A stretch of 64,000 bases of DNA from positions 832,001-896,000 of the forward strand of contig OZ255836.1 of NCBI GenBank assembly GCA_965277715.1. Direction: 5' to 3'. Position 1 is the first letter of the stretch. Each line of letters begins with the position of its first letter. Shown here one piece after another: positions 30,372 through 40,834 of this stretch. The translations under genes and the position numbers were made by a program. Source of the stretch: Gammaproteobacteria bacterium. Lineage in GTDB: Bacteria > Pseudomonadota > Gammaproteobacteria > JBCCGL01. The notes under the pieces were generated by a model. The model saw nothing but the letters and a program-made list of their open reading frames with translations. It had not been told where the DNA came from and searched no databases.

Positions 30372-31177
30372 CGGGTATTTTCCGTCTGTTTGGGGCTACT
30401 GTGCCCAGTACATTGTCGATTAATCTGGGTGAGTAGCTGGTCGGCATTTTTGGCGAGTAGTGAAATGTCTGAACCACAGGCGACAAAGGTAAAGCCCGCA
30501 TTTAGCAGCGTTGCTGCAAACGTTGGGTCGGCCATTAAGGTGCCAACCGGTATGCCTTTGGCGATGAGTTTCTTTGCGACAGGTAAAATCAAATCCCAGA
30601 CTTTTTCACTCATCGGGTTACCGAGCTGGCCTATGTCGGCGGCTATATCTGCCGGGCCAAAGAAAACACCGCTAACACCCTCGACACTGGCAATGTCTTC
30701 GGCACGCTCGATAGCCTGAGCCGTTTCGAGTTGTAGCAATACTGTTGTTTCATCTTCAACGCGCTCAAAGTAGTCGACGACCCGACCAAAGGCATTTGCG
30801 CGGGTCGCACCGCTAACACCGCGTATACCTCGTGGTGGGTAGCGTGTGGCGGCAACCGCTTTTTGCGCCTCTTCCACTGATTGAATCATGGGGAACAGTA
30901 AGCCCTGAGCACCAATATCCAGTAGGCGTTTGACTAATACCGGATCATTCCAATAGGGGCGCACAATGGCGGTGCTCGCGCTGGCGGCAAAAACCTGAAG
31001 TTGGCTCAAAATGGAGGGCAGGCTGTTGGGCGAGTGTTCCATATCCAGCAGTACCCAGTCATAACCACTGGAGGAGACCACCTCAGCGGCAACGTTACTG
31101 CTCAAGCTTAGCCACAGGCCAATCTGTTTTTCCCCGGCGTGTATCGCGTGGGTAAAGGGGTTATCGATGAGGTTCAT
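30368..31177 (-). CDS. HpcH/HpaI-family aldolase
   Basis: DWVLLDMEHSPN, KRLLDIGAQG, RYPPRGIRG and FFGPADI motifs. Confidence 0.92.
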   Translation of the reverse strand: MNLIDNPFTHAIHAGEKQIGLWLSLSSNVAAEVVSSSGYDWVLLDMEHSPNSLPSILSQLQVFAASASTAIVRPYWNDPVLVKRLLDIGAQGLLFPMIQSVEEAQKAVAATRYPPRGIRGVSGATRANAFGRVVDYFERVEDETTVLLQLETAQAIERAEDIASVEGVSGVFFGPADIAADIGQLGNPMSEKVWDLILPVAKKLIAKGIPVGTLMADPTFAATLLNAGFTFVACGSDISLLAKNADQLLTQINRQCTGHSSPKQTENTR

Positions 31178-32409
31178 ATGACTGCCTTTTCAATAAAGGG
31201 CCGGTTTTCGGCGATGCGTTGGTAGTTAAACGGGGAGAGGTCCAGCGCACGGTATTCACCGTAGGTAATCAATTCGGCGGTGCCGCGCCCCATGGCCGGT
31301 GATTGCTGAAAGCCATGCCCGGAAAAACCGTTGACGAAGATAAAATTCTCCACTTCGGTGTGCGGGCCGAGAATGGCATTTTGGTCGAGGGTATTGAAAG
31401 CGTAGTGCCCCGCCCAGGAGTTGATCAGTTTGATCGCCTCAAACTGAGGAATTCTATTGGCGATAGCCGGCCAGACTTTGTTTTCCCAGAGACTGTGATC
31501 CTGAATGAAATCATCGTAGTCGACCGCTGGATCGTCATCCGGTGGGCAGCCTGCCAGGTAGTAGCTGCCTTCGGTGCGCATGTGTACGCCACTGGGGTCG
31601 ATGGTCAGTGGCAGGTCGCGGTCGAGCGGGTTTTCGGCGGAGAAGATGAAGGTATAGCGCTTACGCGGTTCCACCGGGATGTCGATGCCCGCCATGCGCG
31701 AGGTGAGTACTGCCCGTGGCCCGGAGGCGTTGACCACTGTGCCACAGGCGATCACTTCACCCGATTTGAGAGTGACGCTTTCCACACGCGTACCCGCTGC
31801 GTTGCGGGTCATCGCGACCACTTCGTTGGTGATGTATTCCGTGCCTTTCTCCCGCGCTGAACGCCGCCACCAGTCAAACAGTGTATTGCCATCGAAATAG
31901 CCTTCATCGATTAAGTTATGGCTGCCCGCAACGATGTCTTCGAGGTTGTAGAAGGGGTAATCACGCGCAATCTCTTCAGCCGAGAGGATTCTGGTGCCCG
32001 CACCGCAGGCCGCCTGGATGCGTTGGTTTTCCCGCAGCGTATCGGCAAACGCTTCATTGTCGGCCAGGTACATATAGCCGTAGCTTTGCAACAGTAAGGT
32101 CGGCACACGTGGGTCATCGCCCATAAAAGCGCGGAAGTTTTTGACAAATTCAGCGGCAAATTGTGAGACGCGCACATTTATTTCATTCGAGAACTGTTGG
32201 CGCATACAGCTATTGGTGTGTGCGGTTGAGGTAAATTCATAGCTGGGATCGCGCTCGACAACCAGGATACTGCCGTCAAAGTCCGGGTTGTTTGACAAAA
32301 ACCAGGCGACCGACGAGCCGTACATGGCACCCCCGACGATAACCACGTCATAGCGGGGGCGCTGAGGTGTCGCCGATATAGGTGTCGTTGAGGGTGTTGT
32401 TTGGTTCAT
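31174..32409 (-). CDS. FAD-dependent amine/amino-acid oxidoreductase (DAO/sarcosine-oxidase-like)
   Basis: DVVIVGGAMYGSS, VVNASG, WAGHY and NGFSGHGFQQSPAMG motifs. Confidence 0.88.
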   Translation of the reverse strand: MNQTTPSTTPISATPQRPRYDVVIVGGAMYGSSVAWFLSNNPDFDGSILVVERDPSYEFTSTAHTNSCMRQQFSNEINVRVSQFAAEFVKNFRAFMGDDPRVPTLLLQSYGYMYLADNEAFADTLRENQRIQAACGAGTRILSAEEIARDYPFYNLEDIVAGSHNLIDEGYFDGNTLFDWWRRSAREKGTEYITNEVVAMTRNAAGTRVESVTLKSGEVIACGTVVNASGPRAVLTSRMAGIDIPVEPRKRYTFIFSAENPLDRDLPLTIDPSGVHMRTEGSYYLAGCPPDDDPAVDYDDFIQDHSLWENKVWPAIANRIPQFEAIKLINSWAGHYAFNTLDQNAILGPHTEVENFIFVNGFSGHGFQQSPAMGRGTAELITYGEYRALDLSPFNYQRIAENRPFIEKAVI

Positions 32410-34130
32410 TAAAGTATTTTCCCCTGTTTTACGGCATCTTGGGTTTGTTTGATATCGAGGTCGCTAAGCCCATAATCGCGTTTGGCCACGGTAGCTGAAA
32501 TATATCCTCTGGCGAGGTCAGTGCGCACCTTCTGCGGGTCTCTCTCTGTTGCCGGGCCATAGCCAGCGCCACCGGGAAAGGCGAGCATAACGTGGCGGCC
32601 ATGCGGCACATACTGTCTGCCTTTGCCTTGCATGGTTGTGCCGTCGTCCTGGCTTATTGTTGTGGGTGCGCCATTCTGGCCTCCCTGGCGCCCCCGTGCC
32701 GGGTGATGTACACGGTCAAACATCGCCGAGAAGTCAAATTCATGGCCGGCGCTTGCGCTGATTTCCATGTACTGCCCCAGCCCACCACGGTATTGGCCCG
32801 CGCCGCCGCTATCGGGGCGCAGCTCTTTACGCCAGATAATCACCGGGCCGGTGTGCTCAGTTGCCTCGACCGGCATTGTCATCACCCCGGATGGAAACGC
32901 CGTGGCGCTCATACCGTCCAGGCCTGGCCGTGCGCCAGAACCCCCTGAGTTAAACGTGAGTACTTCGGCCCGTATTGCATTTTTTGTGGCATCATCTGAA
33001 GGGTCGGCGTCGGTGCGCGGACGCACGGACACCTGGAAGTTGCACAGGGTGCCCGCACCCTCGGCGGGCACGGTGTTGGGGAGGAGTTTGTCGAGCGCGT
33101 CGTACACGGTATCTGGCAACATATGCCCAATCACATGGCGCAAGGCAACCGGGGCGGGGCGCAGCGCGTTGAGGATGGTGTTTTCAGGTGCGGTGACGAC
33201 AAACGGGGCCAGTGAGGCGGCATTATTGGGTATCTCTGGGGCAATGGCGCATTTTAAGGCGTAGCAGGCATACGCCTGGGTGTACACCAACGGTACATTG
33301 ATGCCTTTTTTGTCGACACCGGAAGAGCCTGCAAAATCGCAGAGAATCCGCTCTACCTGAATGGTGAGCTGTACCTTGAGGTCAATCGGGGTGCTGTAAC
33401 CATCGATGGTCATTGCACCATTGGCGGTGCCACGGGGAAGGGCGGCGATACGCTCAAGTGTCGCGGTGTGCGAGTTATCCAGAATAAAGGCGGCAATGCT
33501 GTTCAGGTCTGATAAGCCAAATTCCGTCATCATATTGATCAGACGCCGGTGGCCGGTTTCATTGCAATTGGCCAGGGCGTAGAGGTCGCCGATAACCTGG
33601 TCTGGCTCACGCACATTACCGCGCACGATATTCAACAGCGTGGTGTCGACTTTGCCTCTGTCGGCGAATTTCATAATGGGGATGTATAAACCCTCCTCGT
33701 ACACCGAATTGGCATCGGCACCAAAACCGCGACCGCCAATATCGACGACATGCGCCGTGCAGGCGAAGAACCCGACAAAGTGCCTCTGGTGGAAAGAGGG
33801 CGTTACCACGGTAATATCGTGCAGGTGACCGGTGCCTTCCCAGGGGTCGTTGGTGATGTAGACATCGCCCTCAAAGATATTGTCGCGGCCAATGCGCCGG
33901 ATAAAGTGGCCGACCGCTTCCGCCATCGCATTCACATGGCCGGGTGTGCCGGTTACCGCCTGCGCTAGCATACGCCCCGCTGTGTCGTAGACACCGGCAG
34001 ATAGATCACCGGCTTCGCGTACTGATGTGGAAAACGCTGTGCGCACCAAGGCCTGCGCCTGTTCCTCCACAACCGAAATCATGCGATTCCACATCACCTG
34101 GTGGGTAACCGTTGAGGTTTTTTCTGTCAT
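32409..34130 (-). CDS. Hydantoinase B / 5-oxoprolinase subunit
   Basis: RTAFSTSVREAGDLS, TNDPWEGTGHLHD and DSGGAGQYRGGLG motifs. Confidence 0.92.
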   Translation of the reverse strand: MTEKTSTVTHQVMWNRMISVVEEQAQALVRTAFSTSVREAGDLSAGVYDTAGRMLAQAVTGTPGHVNAMAEAVGHFIRRIGRDNIFEGDVYITNDPWEGTGHLHDITVVTPSFHQRHFVGFFACTAHVVDIGGRGFGADANSVYEEGLYIPIMKFADRGKVDTTLLNIVRGNVREPDQVIGDLYALANCNETGHRRLINMMTEFGLSDLNSIAAFILDNSHTATLERIAALPRGTANGAMTIDGYSTPIDLKVQLTIQVERILCDFAGSSGVDKKGINVPLVYTQAYACYALKCAIAPEIPNNAASLAPFVVTAPENTILNALRPAPVALRHVIGHMLPDTVYDALDKLLPNTVPAEGAGTLCNFQVSVRPRTDADPSDDATKNAIRAEVLTFNSGGSGARPGLDGMSATAFPSGVMTMPVEATEHTGPVIIWRKELRPDSGGAGQYRGGLGQYMEISASAGHEFDFSAMFDRVHHPARGRQGGQNGAPTTISQDDGTTMQGKGRQYVPHGRHVMLAFPGGAGYGPATERDPQKVRTDLARGYISATVAKRDYGLSDLDIKQTQDAVKQGKIL

Positions 34131-34139
34131 GGGAATGTC

Positions 34140-36236
34140 CTAAAGGGGGTGTCGGGTTATATCAATGCAGCCGTCGGGCTGACTGACGGCTGTGCGGCTG
34201 GCGGGGACAATAATGGTAGTTTCATCTTCACTGATCACCGCAGGCCCGGGCACAAAATACCCTGCCTGTAAGGTGTCACGCGATACAACACGCGCTGCAA
34301 CGGCCTCGCCTAACGCCGGATCAAAGACCGTTCTGGTGCCATGTTCAGTGGCGGCTGTGGTTGCCGCAGGCACTTCTGAGGAAGCGGTGTTTTCCGCTGT
34401 GACAGGGTGTGGGGATGTACTCGCATTAACCGACCACACCGTGATTTCCATATCCATGCCCGCTACAGCGCGGCCAAACAGGGCGGCATAGTCCCGCTCA
34501 AACAATCGCTGAAATGTGTTGGCTTCAGGATTGCCTGCCTGATCGGCACTCAGAATAATGGGTATTTCCCAGCCCTGGCCGGTGTAGCGCATATACACTT
34601 TGAACTCGGATTGTATCGCAGCCGTTGCATCACACGAGCGCACAAAGCGCCGCGCCTCTGTATCGAGGTCGGTCAGCAGTGTGCGAATTACATCTGCATC
34701 AAACCCGGATAGGCGCATATAAACGCTACGGTTCGCCTCAAAACTAAACGGTGCGCGCAAAAAGCCAATCGCCGACCCCACACCAGCGCCGGGCGGCACC
34801 AGCAGCCGGTCGATTCCCAGCTTCTCGCACAGGCGGCCCGCGTGTAGTGGTGCGGCCCCACCGAAGGCTATCATTGTGTATTCCGCCAAATCCTCGCCGT
34901 TTTCGACGGCGTGAACGCGGGCGGCATTGGCCATGTTTTCGTCGACGACTTCAACCAGCCCGTAGGCGGCGGTTTGTGTATCCATCGCCAGTGGTGCGCC
35001 CAGGGTGTTGTCCAGGGCGCTGGCTGCGTTGTGTACGTCGAGTGGCAGCGAGCCACCGGCAAAGTTGTCCGGGTCGAGCTTGCCCAGAATCAGGTCTGCA
35101 TCGGTGACAGCCGGTTTTTCACCACCCCGCCCATAGCAGGCCGGGCCGGGTTCAGAGCCTGCCGATTCCGGGCCGACGCGTATCTGCCGCATGGCATCGA
35201 CATGAGCCAATGACCCGCCGCCAGCGCCAATCTCGACCATATCGATAACCGGAATCGAAATCGGCATTCCGGAGCCTTTCTTAAAGCGGTAAGTGCGGGC
35301 CACTTCAAAGACCCGGCTGGTTTTTGGGGTTTGGTTTTTGATCAGGCAAATTTTCGCGGTTGTACCGCCCATATCAAAAGAGATGACTTTATCCAGCTTG
35401 TATTGTGAGGCGATATCAGCGGCGAACACCGCACCGCCCGCCGGGCCGGATTCGACCAGCCGAACGGGGAATTCAGCCGCACTCTCCAGCGAGATAATGC
35501 CGCCGCCAGAGTGCATCAGGAAAATAGTGCAGGTGACGCCCTCACCACGCAATTGACCGGCCAGCCTGTCCAGGTAGCTCTTCATCAAAGGCTTGATATA
35601 GGCGTTGGCCACCACGGTATTAAAGCGCTCGTATTCGCGCATTTGTGGCGATACTTCAGAGGACAGCGAGACCATCACCTGTGGAATTTTCTCGGCCAGC
35701 ACATCGCGTACCATGCGCTCATGGGTGTCGTCCAGGTAGGCGTGCATAAACCCGACCGCCACGCTCGTGTAACCCGCTGCACGTATCTCCTCCACCAACA
35801 CCTCAACGGCATTGCGGTCCAATGGAATCAGCACCTCGCCTGTAGCACTGATACGCTCCTTGAGCGTATAGCGCTGTTGGCGTGGCAGCAACGGTTCAGG
35901 GATAGTCAGGTTGAGGTCGTATTGTTCAAAGCGGGATTCGGTGCGCATCTCAATCACATCGCGAAACCCCTGGGTTGTAATCAGCGCGGTTTTGGCACCG
36001 CGCCGTTCAATCAGTGCATTCGTGGCGAGGGTGGTGCCGTGGATAATCTGTCCAATCGCTGCGGGCTGAATGCCTGCCTTGTCACACACCTGCCGCATAC
36101 CCTGAATAATGGCCTCTTCGGGGGCCAGGTAGGTGGTGAGTACTTTGGCGGAATAGTGTTTGTTGCCAAGTTCCAGCACGACATCGGTGAATGTACCGCC
36201 AATATCAACGCCCATGCGGATAGAAGATGTATTCAT
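34140..36236 (-). CDS. Hydantoinase A / 5-oxoprolinase ATP-binding subunit
   Basis: GVDIGGTFTD, HGTTLATNA, ESGPAGG, DMGGTT, IGAGGGS and FGGAAPLH motifs. Confidence 0.93.
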   Translation of the reverse strand: MNTSSIRMGVDIGGTFTDVVLELGNKHYSAKVLTTYLAPEEAIIQGMRQVCDKAGIQPAAIGQIIHGTTLATNALIERRGAKTALITTQGFRDVIEMRTESRFEQYDLNLTIPEPLLPRQQRYTLKERISATGEVLIPLDRNAVEVLVEEIRAAGYTSVAVGFMHAYLDDTHERMVRDVLAEKIPQVMVSLSSEVSPQMREYERFNTVVANAYIKPLMKSYLDRLAGQLRGEGVTCTIFLMHSGGGIISLESAAEFPVRLVESGPAGGAVFAADIASQYKLDKVISFDMGGTTAKICLIKNQTPKTSRVFEVARTYRFKKGSGMPISIPVIDMVEIGAGGGSLAHVDAMRQIRVGPESAGSEPGPACYGRGGEKPAVTDADLILGKLDPDNFAGGSLPLDVHNAASALDNTLGAPLAMDTQTAAYGLVEVVDENMANAARVHAVENGEDLAEYTMIAFGGAAPLHAGRLCEKLGIDRLLVPPGAGVGSAIGFLRAPFSFEANRSVYMRLSGFDADVIRTLLTDLDTEARRFVRSCDATAAIQSEFKVYMRYTGQGWEIPIILSADQAGNPEANTFQRLFERDYAALFGRAVAGMDMEITVWSVNASTSPHPVTAENTASSEVPAATTAATEHGTRTVFDPALGEAVAARVVSRDTLQAGYFVPGPAVISEDETTIIVPASRTAVSQPDGCIDITRHPL

Positions 36237-36328
36237 GCTTTGCTAAACCCTGGTTATGAAGGCGATGTAATCGTACAGAGTAAAGCGAATTTATCGGTAA
36301 ATGCCAATTGTTTTCTTGAATTTATAGA

Positions 36329-36343
36329 ATAACAATTTGTTAT
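36329..36343. promoter_or_regulatory. Candidate LysR-type T-N11-A operator
   Basis: Dyad ATAAC-AATTT-GTTAT about 90 bp upstream of the hydantoinase operon, next to a LysR gene. Confidence 0.55.
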
Positions 36344-36377
36344 CGGTAGAGTTTTTCGGGCTTTGTTAAGCGTTGGG

Positions 36378-37286
36378 TTAAACCGCAAACTCTGCCGTAA
36401 ATTCTGCGGCCACTTCACCGGCAAGCACGGCTGCGCTGGCGACGAACTGGGGAGATTTCTGTGCATCATATCGCGCCAGAAAATGCAGGTTGTCTGGCAC
36501 CCAGGTGTAGTGGACACGGTGCAGCTTTCCACTGTTAAGCTCGTTACCCACCATCGCCGCAGGCAGTGCGGCGATACCCATGCCATCCACCGTCATATGC
36601 AGGCAGGCGGCGAGGTTGCTCGATGGCACCAAACGCACTGAAAGGTCGCGGCGTGTAGCAAAGTGGGCCGTTATTTGTGCAAAGGGTTGGGTATCGCGTG
36701 CATGGGTGAGAATAGGGTGCTGTGCTAAATCGTCTATCGAGACACTCGCCTTATCGTGTAGTGCCAGGTCAGGTGCTGCCACCCAAGTCAAAGGATAGTG
36801 GCCAAGCCCCTGACTGCCCGATGTTGCACGGCTGAAGGGGCCGCTTTGAAAGGCCAGGTCGATTGAGCGGGTAAACAGCGCTTTTTGAAGGTTTACCGAC
36901 AAATCGACAGTGAGCTCGACGGTAATATTGGGGTAGCGTTTTTTGAGTGTTTTTAAAAACTGCCGCAACCATGTATGCACAACCATTTCCGTCACGCCCA
37001 GTTTTAACACACCATCGTGCAGCGCCACATGACCCGCGACGTCGATCAGGTTTTCTGTTGCCGATAATACTTTTCTGGCATGTGCGAGCAGTTCATATCC
37101 TTTAGATGTTAAGCACACAGACCCGGCATCGCGTGTCATCAGGGTTACATCCAGGGTCGATTCCAGCGAGGCGATACGCGATGAAATGTTCGGCTGGGTT
37201 GTATTTAAGCGCTCCGCTGCCTTGCGAAAGCTGCCGAGATCGGCGACCCAAACAAAGGCTTCGAGCTGTTTGAGGTTAAGGTTCAA
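36378..37286 (-). CDS. LysR-family transcriptional regulator
   Basis: LKQLEAF...GSFRKAAERLNTTQPNISSRIASLE helix-turn-helix. TTG start. Confidence 0.95.
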   Translation of the reverse strand: MNLNLKQLEAFVWVADLGSFRKAAERLNTTQPNISSRIASLESTLDVTLMTRDAGSVCLTSKGYELLAHARKVLSATENLIDVAGHVALHDGVLKLGVTEMVVHTWLRQFLKTLKKRYPNITVELTVDLSVNLQKALFTRSIDLAFQSGPFSRATSGSQGLGHYPLTWVAAPDLALHDKASVSIDDLAQHPILTHARDTQPFAQITAHFATRRDLSVRLVPSSNLAACLHMTVDGMGIAALPAAMVGNELNSGKLHRVHYTWVPDNLHFLARYDAQKSPQFVASAAVLAGEVAAEFTAEFAV

Positions 37287-37510
37287 TAGGTAATTCTCAC
37301 CAGATAAAGATCACTATTTAAGCCAGTAGGGTGCTGACACAAATATGTGAAACATCGTATTTTTTTTATAGGTTTTATTTGTAACTATATGAATATTAAT
37401 ATATTTATATAAAATAAACATTAGCATTCTCGGTGCCAGGCAAACTTTATCATCACACGTCTGCAACATGCACCTTAGTGTATGCGGGACAGCATTGTTT
37501 AACCGGTGGG

Positions 37511-38647
37511 TCACTCAATTGGGCGCTCAATATTTTTTGCCGCACTGGCAAACTTCATCAACGATGTTGTCATACCCTGCCAGTTTGGAATAGCGGCTTC
37601 CTCCGGCCAGGCCTGGCGGTAGTCCCGTGGGCGTTTGCCAAACTGCCCTACAAATGATTTGGCAAAGTGTGAAAAACTAGAGAACCCACAGGCCACCGAA
37701 ATCTCCCGAATGGTTAAACGGGTTTGAGTTAACAGCACACGGGCAAACTGCAAGCGCAGTGCACGGTAATAAGCAATTGCGGTGGCATTCGCATGTTGTT
37801 TAAACAGGCGCTCAAGTTTGCGTTGTGACACATGAATCATCTCCGCTATTTCCGGGATGGTCAGCGGTTCTTCGAGGTTGTTTTCCATGAGCCGCACGGC
37901 TTCACTGAGTATATGGGGCAGTGATTGCTGTTGGTTTGCATTCACCTGGCGCTGTGGTGTGTCAGGTGGTCGAATCGGGTAGTGGGCGAGCTGGTCGGCG
38001 ACCTCCATAGCCAATTGGGGGGTATAGCGTTGTTTGATGTCGTACAGCATCATATCGATACCAGCAGTGGCACCGGCGCTGGTAATGCGGTTGCGGTCAA
38101 TCACAAAAATGCTCTCTTCTACCTGTACATTTGGGTATTGCTCGGTGAAACCCTGAATGCAGGACCACTGCAAGGTAGCGCGATAACCGGATAACAGTTT
38201 GGCCCGCGCAAGAATATACGTACCAATGCACATCGCGCCCAGTGTTACCCCGAGGTGATCCTGTCGGCGCAGCCAGTTAAACAGCACCGGATTATCGTAG
38301 TGTTCTGAGTTCCAGCTACCGCAAACGAATACCACGTCCCGGCGCATATTGTCTCTGTTCAAGGCCTCGGTAGGCAGCGACATGCCGTTGCTGGCAGTGA
38401 CAAGCCCGCCATCGACAGATAATAGTTGCCACTGATATAAGGTGGTGCCACTGACATAATTGGCGATGCGCAATGGCTCTATGCTGTTGGTCAGGGCATT
38501 CATATTAAATTTTGGGATCAACACAAACGCCATTTTGCAGGTAGAGCCTGTCTGTATGTTATTTTCAGCGTTCATCGTAATACGCGATAGAGGTATATTG
38601 TTATAGCTCGCAAAATAACAGTGTATGGTGTGGGTTGTTTTCGACAT
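37511..38647 (-). CDS. GlxA/GbdR-like AraC regulator with DJ-1-like sensor domain (start may be ATG 38575)
   Basis: EPLRIAN, ITSAGATAGIDM, SQRKLERLF and ACGFSSFSHFAKSF motifs. Confidence 0.92.
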   Translation of the reverse strand: MSKTTHTIHCYFASYNNIPLSRITMNAENNIQTGSTCKMAFVLIPKFNMNALTNSIEPLRIANYVSGTTLYQWQLLSVDGGLVTASNGMSLPTEALNRDNMRRDVVFVCGSWNSEHYDNPVLFNWLRRQDHLGVTLGAMCIGTYILARAKLLSGYRATLQWSCIQGFTEQYPNVQVEESIFVIDRNRITSAGATAGIDMMLYDIKQRYTPQLAMEVADQLAHYPIRPPDTPQRQVNANQQQSLPHILSEAVRLMENNLEEPLTIPEIAEMIHVSQRKLERLFKQHANATAIAYYRALRLQFARVLLTQTRLTIREISVACGFSSFSHFAKSFVGQFGKRPRDYRQAWPEEAAIPNWQGMTTSLMKFASAAKNIERPIE

Positions 38648-38745
38648 AATACGTTGGGAAAATACCTTTTGCCAGACACTCTAATGAATAATCTTATATT
38701 GGGTATGCCCATGTATTCTCTTATAAAATTAAGCGCAATAAGCCG

Positions 38746-39612
38746 ATGCATATAGATCCCATGTCGACAGACAAGGGTTTTGATATCGATGCGTATTGGC
38801 AGCATGGTTATCAGTTTCCCTTGCGCGTTATGTCAACGGGCGAAGCGCAGCGCTACCGGGATCAACTGCAAGCTGTCGAGGCAAACCCGCCGGTTGGCAC
38901 CGAAAACCCCCTGCGTATCTATTTGCGTAACAATACCCATGTGGTGATGCCGATGGCGGCTGAACTGGCACGTAACCCCTGTATTCTGGATCAGGTGGAG
39001 AAGGTGTTGGGCGCAAATATTCTGTGTTGGTCCTGTGAATTTTTCATTAAAGAGGCAGCCACCGATAAAATTGTCACCTGGCATCAGGATTTGACTTATT
39101 GGGGGCTTGGCAGCACAGAACAGGAGGTCACCGCCTGGCTGGCCTTGTCACCAGCGACCCTGGAATCCGGCTGTATGCGCTTTGTCAGCGGTTCGCATAA
39201 AAATGCGCTGTTGCCGCATAGGGATACGTTTTGCGAATCCAATCTGCTCTCACGTGGCCAGGAAGTGGCCGTGGAGGTCAATGAAAATGAAGCGGTGGAC
39301 GTGGTGTTGCAACCTGGTGAAATGTCATTGCACCACGGTCGTGTATTTCACGCTTCCGGGCCAAACACATCGGCTGACCGGCGGATCGGTGTCGCTATCC
39401 GCTACGTTACCCCCGAGGTTCGCCAGCAGGTTGCCCACCGCGATTACGCTATGCTGGTGCGCGGTATTGATGAACACATGAACTGGGTGCATATCGCGCC
39501 ACCCCGTGCTGCATTTGATCAACAGTCACTGGCCTTGCACCGTCGTATGGCTGACGATCAACGTGCGTCGCTGGCTGCCGGGGCTGAATCAACGGTTAAA
39601 CACATCGCCTGA
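38746..39612 (+). CDS. Phytanoyl-CoA dioxygenase (PhyH)-family 2OG-Fe(II) enzyme
   Basis: WHQDLTYW, TAWLAL, GCMRFVSGSH and HASGPNTSADRRIG motifs. Confidence 0.9.
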   Translation: MHIDPMSTDKGFDIDAYWQHGYQFPLRVMSTGEAQRYRDQLQAVEANPPVGTENPLRIYLRNNTHVVMPMAAELARNPCILDQVEKVLGANILCWSCEFFIKEAATDKIVTWHQDLTYWGLGSTEQEVTAWLALSPATLESGCMRFVSGSHKNALLPHRDTFCESNLLSRGQEVAVEVNENEAVDVVLQPGEMSLHHGRVFHASGPNTSADRRIGVAIRYVTPEVRQQVAHRDYAMLVRGIDEHMNWVHIAPPRAAFDQQSLALHRRMADDQRASLAAGAESTVKHIA

Positions 39613-39673
39613 TTAACGTAGGATAATCCAGAGCATACGAACACCCCTTAACATTAAACAAGTGAGAAATACT

Positions 39674-40675
39674 ATGAGTGAAACCTTTCGCGGTCTGTTG
39701 TTACGCCAGGATGAAAGTGGTGCAGTGAGTGCGGCTGTGGAGGCAATAGAAACCACACAACTCCCCGCAGACGGCGATGTGACAGTCGCTGTTGAACATT
39801 CGTCGATCAATTATAAAGACGGCCTTACAGTCAATGGTCTGGGCCGTATTGTGCGTCATTATCCCTTTGTTCCCGGCATCGATTTCGCCGGTACGGTAGA
39901 GGCTTCAGATAATCCCGGTTTTGCCGTGGGGGATAAGGTAATTTGCACGGGTTGGCGTGTCGGTGAAGTATGGTGGGGCGGTCTGGCAGAAAAAGCGCGG
40001 GTCAAGGGTGAATGGCTGGTGCATCAACCCAAGGGAGTGACATCAGCGCAGGCGATGGCAGCGGGCACCGCAGGGCTGACAGCCGCACTGTCTATTGCCG
40101 CTCTTGAAGCCAATGGCGTATCGCCTGATAAAGGGCCGATACTGGTCACCGGGGCCAGCGGTGGTGTTGGCTCGTTTAGCGTGTTGTTGTTACGTGCGCG
40201 TGGCTATGAGGTGGTTGCTGTGTCTGGTGACCCCAGCGCAGCGGATTATTTTCAGCGCTTGGGGGTATCTGAAGTGATCCCGCGTTCTGAATATGCGGAA
40301 CCGTTGAAAAAACCGCTGGAGAAAGAGCGCTGGGCGGGCTGTATCGACAATGCGGGGGGAGTTGGGTTTGCCCGTATCGCGGCACAAATGTGTTATGGCG
40401 GGTCGATTGCGGCGGTGGGTTTGGCGGCGGGTTCGCGTGTCGAGCTGGAGTTGATTACCTTGTTTGTGCGTGCGGTTACCATTTGTGGTATCGATTCAGT
40501 ACAGGCTTCTATGGACAGGCGCACTGAAGCCTGGCGTATGATCGAGGCATCGGTCGATGCGGCTCAGTACGATGATATTATGGCGGTATCGCCGTTGTCT
40601 GATGCGCCGTCTATTGCCAAATCAATACTCAAAGGTGGGGTGCGGGGGCGTGCGGTAATCGATGTAAATGCTTGA
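39674..40675 (+). CDS. acuI: Acryloyl-CoA reductase AcuI/YhdH-family MDR oxidoreductase
   Basis: SSINYKDGL, VPGIDFAGTV, GGLAEKARVKGEWLV, GTAGLTAAL, VTGASGGVGS and GIDSV motifs. Confidence 0.8.
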   Translation: MSETFRGLLLRQDESGAVSAAVEAIETTQLPADGDVTVAVEHSSINYKDGLTVNGLGRIVRHYPFVPGIDFAGTVEASDNPGFAVGDKVICTGWRVGEVWWGGLAEKARVKGEWLVHQPKGVTSAQAMAAGTAGLTAALSIAALEANGVSPDKGPILVTGASGGVGSFSVLLLRARGYEVVAVSGDPSAADYFQRLGVSEVIPRSEYAEPLKKPLEKERWAGCIDNAGGVGFARIAAQMCYGGSIAAVGLAAGSRVELELITLFVRAVTICGIDSVQASMDRRTEAWRMIEASVDAAQYDDIMAVSPLSDAPSIAKSILKGGVRGRAVIDVNA

Positions 40676-40700
40676 TGTGATGTCGCGCTGAACGACCGGG

Positions 40701-40735
40701 TATAGTTGGTTGTAATGGTATTGCAACCAACTATA
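40701..40735. terminator. Long hairpin between convergent acuI and ABM genes
   Basis: TATAGTTGGTTGTAAT-GGT-ATTGCAACCAACTATA inverted repeat. Confidence 0.6.
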
Positions 40736-40834
40736 TACAATTTACAGTAGGAGATAGAGCAACGCAGGAGCAGTTATAAGGTAAATCGGTACATTTGCAA
40801 ACCCCGGAAGTTATTTCGTGTACGTTCCTTATAT

